A DNA stretch of 64,000 nucleotides from an uncultured Flavobacteriales bacterium (GTDB taxonomy: Bacteria > Bacteroidota > Bacteroidia > Flavobacteriales > UBA1820): assembly GCA_902478645.1 (NCBI GenBank), contig CABSLV010000007.1, positions 5,504 to 69,503 on the forward strand, given 5' to 3'. The notes under the pieces are model-generated. The model ran no database searches, had not been told where the DNA came from, and saw nothing but the letters and a program-made list of their open reading frames with translations. Both the position numbers and the translations under genes were made by a program. This document shows, piece after piece, positions 60,122 through 64,000 of this stretch. Within the stretch, counting starts at the first letter, position 1. Each line of letters starts with the position of its first letter.

Positions 60122-63100
60122 TTAGTTGAACATGTACTTCACGCCGATCTGCATAGCCCAACGGGACGAGGGGCTGATGTAGTCCTCGAAGGTGCTGGTG
60201 GGCACGGCTCCGTTCTTCTCCGGCATGGTAAAGCCCGGAGTGTAGTTGTTGGCGGCCGAAGGCTTCTCGGTCATCTGCAGGAACTGGTACTGCTGGTTCC
60301 AACCCGAAGGCGTGGACTGACGGACACCCCAGTTCTTGTTGAGCAGGTTGAGGAAGTTCGAGATATCGAGCGATACGCGGATCGTGTTGCGCTGACCGCT
60401 GGCCGTCTCCAGGAAGAAGTCCTGTGCAAAGTTCAGGTCGACCTGGTTTACATACGGGGCACGGCCGCCGTTGCGCTCGGCATATTCGCCGCGGTGGTAA
60501 CGCAGGTACGGATCCTGCTTGATGAACGAATAGATGTCATGCCAGATAGCCAGTTCGGAACGCTTGTCGCCGGCAGCCGGAACGATGCGGATGTCGCTCA
60601 TCTTTTCCGGAACAAAGATCAGGTCGTTGTACGAATAGCTGTCGTTGTTCACGTCGCCGTTGTACGTATAGGAGTAGCGGAACGGCATGTAGCGCTGATA
60701 GATCACACCGATAGAAGTAGCCATGCTCTTGGCATATTCGATGCGGTAGGATGCCTGCAGAAGGATACGGTCGGGGAACGAACCGGCCGAGTAGCCCAGT
60801 TCATCGGCATCCGGATTGACAGCCGGACGGTACTTGTAAGCCGAGGAAGCCACCGAGCTGGAACCGTCAGTTACGCTCTTGGATACACCGAAGGTATAAG
60901 AACCGTTCAGGTACAATCCTTTCAGCGGGCCGGTGAGGAAGTCCTTCTGCAACTGAAGGGTGGTGTAGAACGAGTAACCCTTGTTCGTATTGGTGAGCAT
61001 GATCACGTCGTAAGCCTCGGAGTTGAGTTTGTTCTTGATCAGGTACGGACGATTGTCGGCACCACCCAGGTTGGTTACCCAGCTACGGTCGTAGTTCGGG
61101 TGGTTGATGTCCGTGTGGTAGAGTGCGTGTACATCCTTGTTGTAAAGAAGTTCCACGGTAGCGATCCAGCCTTTTCCGAAGCGATAGTCCACAGCCAGGT
61201 CGGTCTTCCAGATCTGCGGGTATTTCAACTCGGGATCGGTAATGGCAATGGAAGCCTTGGCGGGCTGCCCATTGTCCGGCTTGGGCGCATTGACCTCGCC
61301 GCTGAAAGCATACCCGGTCTCTACCTGACCGAAGAGCAGACCGTTGTTACCGGCCTGGTTGCCGATCCACACGTAAGGCGGCGTGCCGGCGAACAGTCCC
61401 GAACCACCGCGGATCTGGAGCGTATGGTCACCCATTACATCCCAGTTGAAACCTACACGGGGAGAGAGCATCACATTGGTGCTGGGCAGTTTGGCCGTAT
61501 CGATGGTACGACCGTCACGGAAGATTACTCCGTCGAACACCGGGTTGTGATCCAGCTTGCTGGTAAAGATAGGAATATCGGCGCGCAGACCCAGCGTGAG
61601 GTTGAAGTTAGGCGTGATGGTCCAACGATCCTGTACGTAGAAGCCCAAGGTCAGCACGCTGGTCTTGGCATACGGGAAGGCATCGCTATCGGTAGCATTA
61701 TAGATCTGCTTGTAATAGATAGCGTTGGTCAGAGGACGGTCGGCCGGATTGGCTCCGGAAGCGATCCACTGTTTGTGGGCCAGTACGTCGGCGTAGAAAT
61801 CCTCGATCGACTGGTACTGGTACTGACCGGCGAAGGAGTTGGCAAAACCGTTCTTGAACGAACGATAGTCGGACTGCGTACCGAAAACCAACTGGTGATC
61901 GCCAACGGTCCAGGTAAAGTTGTCCTGAATCTGGTAAATATCGGAGTACAGCAGGTTGTTGTACGAGTTGGCTTCCGTTCCGAAAGTGGTAAAGGCCGTA
62001 CTCTTGGCCGGAGAAGCGGCATCACCTTGTCCGATATTCACCTCGGGGAAGAAACCGCCGTCCATATCGCGGAAGTCGCGCAGAGCCGAGTAACCCACCG
62101 TCAGCGCATTGGACATGTTGCTGCTGATGGTCGTATTGAGATCGGCGATAAAGATGTTGAAGTTGTTGTTCTGCCGGTAGTAGGACGAGGAGAACGGAAT
62201 AGCATTGGCGTTCGGTCCGCGGCCGCCGGGCAGGGCACCCGAAGTACTCGGGTTGTTGGTAACAAAGGATTTCAGGTAGAAATATTTAACACTCAGCGTG
62301 TTCTTGGTGTTGATATTCCAGTCCAAACGAGCGGTCAGACGGTCGGCTTCGACCGGAGTATTTTCTACATTGTAGCTTCCCGGATTGTAGTTGAAGTTCT
62401 CCATCAGGAAGTCAGCCAACTCCTGCAGGGTCTGCTGGTCGGCAAACGAATAGTCACCTTCCACCGGAGTATTCTTGTCCGGACGGGGACGATAGCTTAC
62501 CGGTGTGGACAGGCGGTCGAGTTCGCCGTTAAGGAAGAAGAAGAGTTTGTTCTTGATGATCGGTCCACCGATGCTCAAACCGTAGTGGTTTTCCTGGAAA
62601 TCACCTTTCTCTACCGTAACGTCTTTCTGACGGCGGCCCTCCAACGAAGGGCTCTTGGTGTACCAATATACCGAACCCACCCACTGGTTGGTACCGGACT
62701 TGGTTACCGTGTTGATACCGGCTCCGACAAAGGCACCGTTGCGCACGTCATAAGGAGCGATCATCACCTGGATCTGGTCGATAGCCTCCAACGAGATCGG
62801 CTGAAGATCACCGGCACCCAGTTTGCTGGACAAACCGTAAGAGTTGTTGAACGAAGCACCGTCCACCGTTACGTTGTTGAAACGGTAGCTGGCTCCGGCA
62901 AAACTGTTGCCGTTGGACATCGGGGTCAGGCGGGTAAAGTCTTCGATCGAGCGGTTGATCGCCGGCATGCGGTCGATCTTGTCGCGCGTGATAACCTCCT
63001 GTGCTCCCGTACGGTTGGCGCTGATGATAGGATTTCTGGTTCCTACCACAACGACTTCACCCAAATCCTGGGTATTTTCTTTGAGAACGACATTGAAGTT

Positions 63101-63412
63101 TCTGTCTTCCCCCAAGACCAAGGATACACCTTCGATCTTTTCCGGAACAAAGCCCACAAAAGAAATCTCGATCGTGTAAGGTCCGCCCACACGCATACCG
63201 TTGATGTTGAAACGGCCATTGGTCTGTGTAGCGACCATGTAAACGGTTCCCGAAGGAAGATGCGTAGCTTTTACGGTCGCTCCGGGCATCGTTTCCTTCT
63301 GCGAATCGGTTACCAATCCGCTGATGCTCGCAGTTGTCACCTGTGCCGTTGCACCGAGGGCAACCGCCACGAAAGCGACAATAAATGCAAAACTTCTCAA
63401 GAATGTTTTCAT
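60122..63412 (-). CDS. TonB-dependent outer-membrane receptor with an N-terminal carboxypeptidase-regulatory-like domain (Oar-like, no SusD partner)
   Basis: 1096 aa; signal peptide. CarboxypepD_reg block ISGLVTDSQKETMPGATVKATHLPSGTVYMVATQTNGRFNINGMRVGGPYTIEISFVGF, then a plug and a long Y/G/N-rich beta-barrel. Confidence 0.85.
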   Translation of the reverse strand: MKTFLRSFAFIVAFVAVALGATAQVTTASISGLVTDSQKETMPGATVKATHLPSGTVYMVATQTNGRFNINGMRVGGPYTIEISFVGFVPEKIEGVSLVLGEDRNFNVVLKENTQDLGEVVVVGTRNPIISANRTGAQEVITRDKIDRMPAINRSIEDFTRLTPMSNGNSFAGASYRFNNVTVDGASFNNSYGLSSKLGAGDLQPISLEAIDQIQVMIAPYDVRNGAFVGAGINTVTKSGTNQWVGSVYWYTKSPSLEGRRQKDVTVEKGDFQENHYGLSIGGPIIKNKLFFFLNGELDRLSTPVSYRPRPDKNTPVEGDYSFADQQTLQELADFLMENFNYNPGSYNVENTPVEADRLTARLDWNINTKNTLSVKYFYLKSFVTNNPSTSGALPGGRGPNANAIPFSSSYYRQNNNFNIFIADLNTTISSNMSNALTVGYSALRDFRDMDGGFFPEVNIGQGDAASPAKSTAFTTFGTEANSYNNLLYSDIYQIQDNFTWTVGDHQLVFGTQSDYRSFKNGFANSFAGQYQYQSIEDFYADVLAHKQWIASGANPADRPLTNAIYYKQIYNATDSDAFPYAKTSVLTLGFYVQDRWTITPNFNLTLGLRADIPIFTSKLDHNPVFDGVIFRDGRTIDTAKLPSTNVMLSPRVGFNWDVMGDHTLQIRGGSGLFAGTPPYVWIGNQAGNNGLLFGQVETGYAFSGEVNAPKPDNGQPAKASIAITDPELKYPQIWKTDLAVDYRFGKGWIATVELLYNKDVHALYHTDINHPNYDRSWVTNLGGADNRPYLIKNKLNSEAYDVIMLTNTNKGYSFYTTLQLQKDFLTGPLKGLYLNGSYTFGVSKSVTDGSSSVASSAYKYRPAVNPDADELGYSAGSFPDRILLQASYRIEYAKSMATSIGVIYQRYMPFRYSYTYNGDVNNDSYSYNDLIFVPEKMSDIRIVPAAGDKRSELAIWHDIYSFIKQDPYLRYHRGEYAERNGGRAPYVNQVDLNFAQDFFLETASGQRNTIRVSLDISNFLNLLNKNWGVRQSTPSGWNQQYQFLQMTEKPSAANNYTPGFTMPEKNGAVPTSTFEDYISPSSRWAMQIGVKYMFN

Positions 63413-63611
63413 AAAGTTGGTGTTATTGTGTTGGTATCTATTTTTTCAGCCGCGTAAAGGTATCCTGGTCCTTTTACCTTATTTCCCTCTTTCCTTTACC
63501 AAAACGTTAAATCCAAATCCTGTCCACACCCTCCTTCAAAAAAAGCTTTATACGCTAACAAACAGGATGTTGGCAAAATACTTGTGTTTATTCCTTCTTG
63601 TTTCGACACCG

Positions 63612-63619
63612 CAAAGTTA
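63612..63619 (-). promoter_or_regulatory. -7 box TAACTTTG upstream of the TonB-dependent receptor gene
   Basis: The + strand reads CAAAGTTA; this would give a leader of about 190 nt. Confidence 0.3.
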
Positions 63620-63708
63620 GCACTTTTAACATATATTTTTGTTAAAACCCTATTTTATTCGCTCATTTTTTTCTTCACACCCGGGAAAGATCGTACCAAA
63701 GCGTTTTG

Positions 63709-63716
63709 TACATTTG
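63709..63716 (+). promoter_or_regulatory. -7 box TACATTTG upstream of kbl
   Basis: Matches TAnnTTTG; 52 nt before the ATG at 63768. Confidence 0.4.
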
Positions 63717-63767
63717 TTCTGCAGTGCCATCCTCACACTGTACAAAACGATTCAAAAACACGAAAAC

Positions 63768-64000
<233 letters not shown>

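Noticed and set aside
60035-63457. 1140-aa ORF on the + strand opposite the TonB-dependent receptor gene.
   Set aside because: It is antisense to a clear TBDR with signal peptide, plug and barrel. The + frame product is low-complexity (V/G/R/D-rich) with no recognisable domain.

Overview
GC-rich chromosomal core segment that looks like Bacteroidota/Bacteroidales. Supporting signs are TAnnTTTG -7 boxes in front of many genes, a eukaryote-like GT3 glycogen synthase, DUF4301/DUF4293/DUF4286 genes, a nuo operon without nuoEFG, a CarboxypepD_reg-type TonB-dependent receptor and LTSC lipoboxes. A Rikenellaceae/Alistipes-like host is only an inference. I support about 50 protein genes plus one tRNA-Ser(CGA). 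Nearly all long ORFs lying antisense to these genes are GC-driven shadow ORFs. In order, the window holds: GDPD, MTHFS, ybjQ, DUF493, waaA, dnaG, an uncharacterised phosphorylase-like gene and a 2-hydroxyacid dehydrogenase; then DUF4301 with the GT3 glycogen synthase, and the asnB-gltD-gltB operon divergent from asnS; then an OMP, PAP2, rpoN, an SGNH esterase, a 174-aa orphan and four tandem GH18 genes; then pgi, comF, aqpZ, yidD-cysS, folE, argS, rsmA, pnp and a DjlA-like gene; and finally nuoA-B-CD-H-I-J-K-L-M-N, gltX, a TonB-dependent receptor and the 5' end of kbl. I saw no rRNA, CRISPR, transposase/integrase, phage or recognisable defence genes, so this is mostly ordinary housekeeping DNA. 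The best leads are: (1) an Asn-codon-rich mini-ORF plus a strong terminator hairpin in the gltB-gltD-asnB leader, a candidate Asn-sensing attenuator; (2) a DnaG whose four canonical Zn ligands are all substituted; (3) a four-gene GH18 tandem array with a 182-nt 100%-identical gene-conversion block and a translationally coupled orphan carrying an Rx4H motif; (4) a DUF4301 / GT3 glycogen synthase pair; (5) a repeat-encoded Arg/Gly/Asp-rich tail on PNPase. All functional calls rest on by-eye motif recognition, with no database search.
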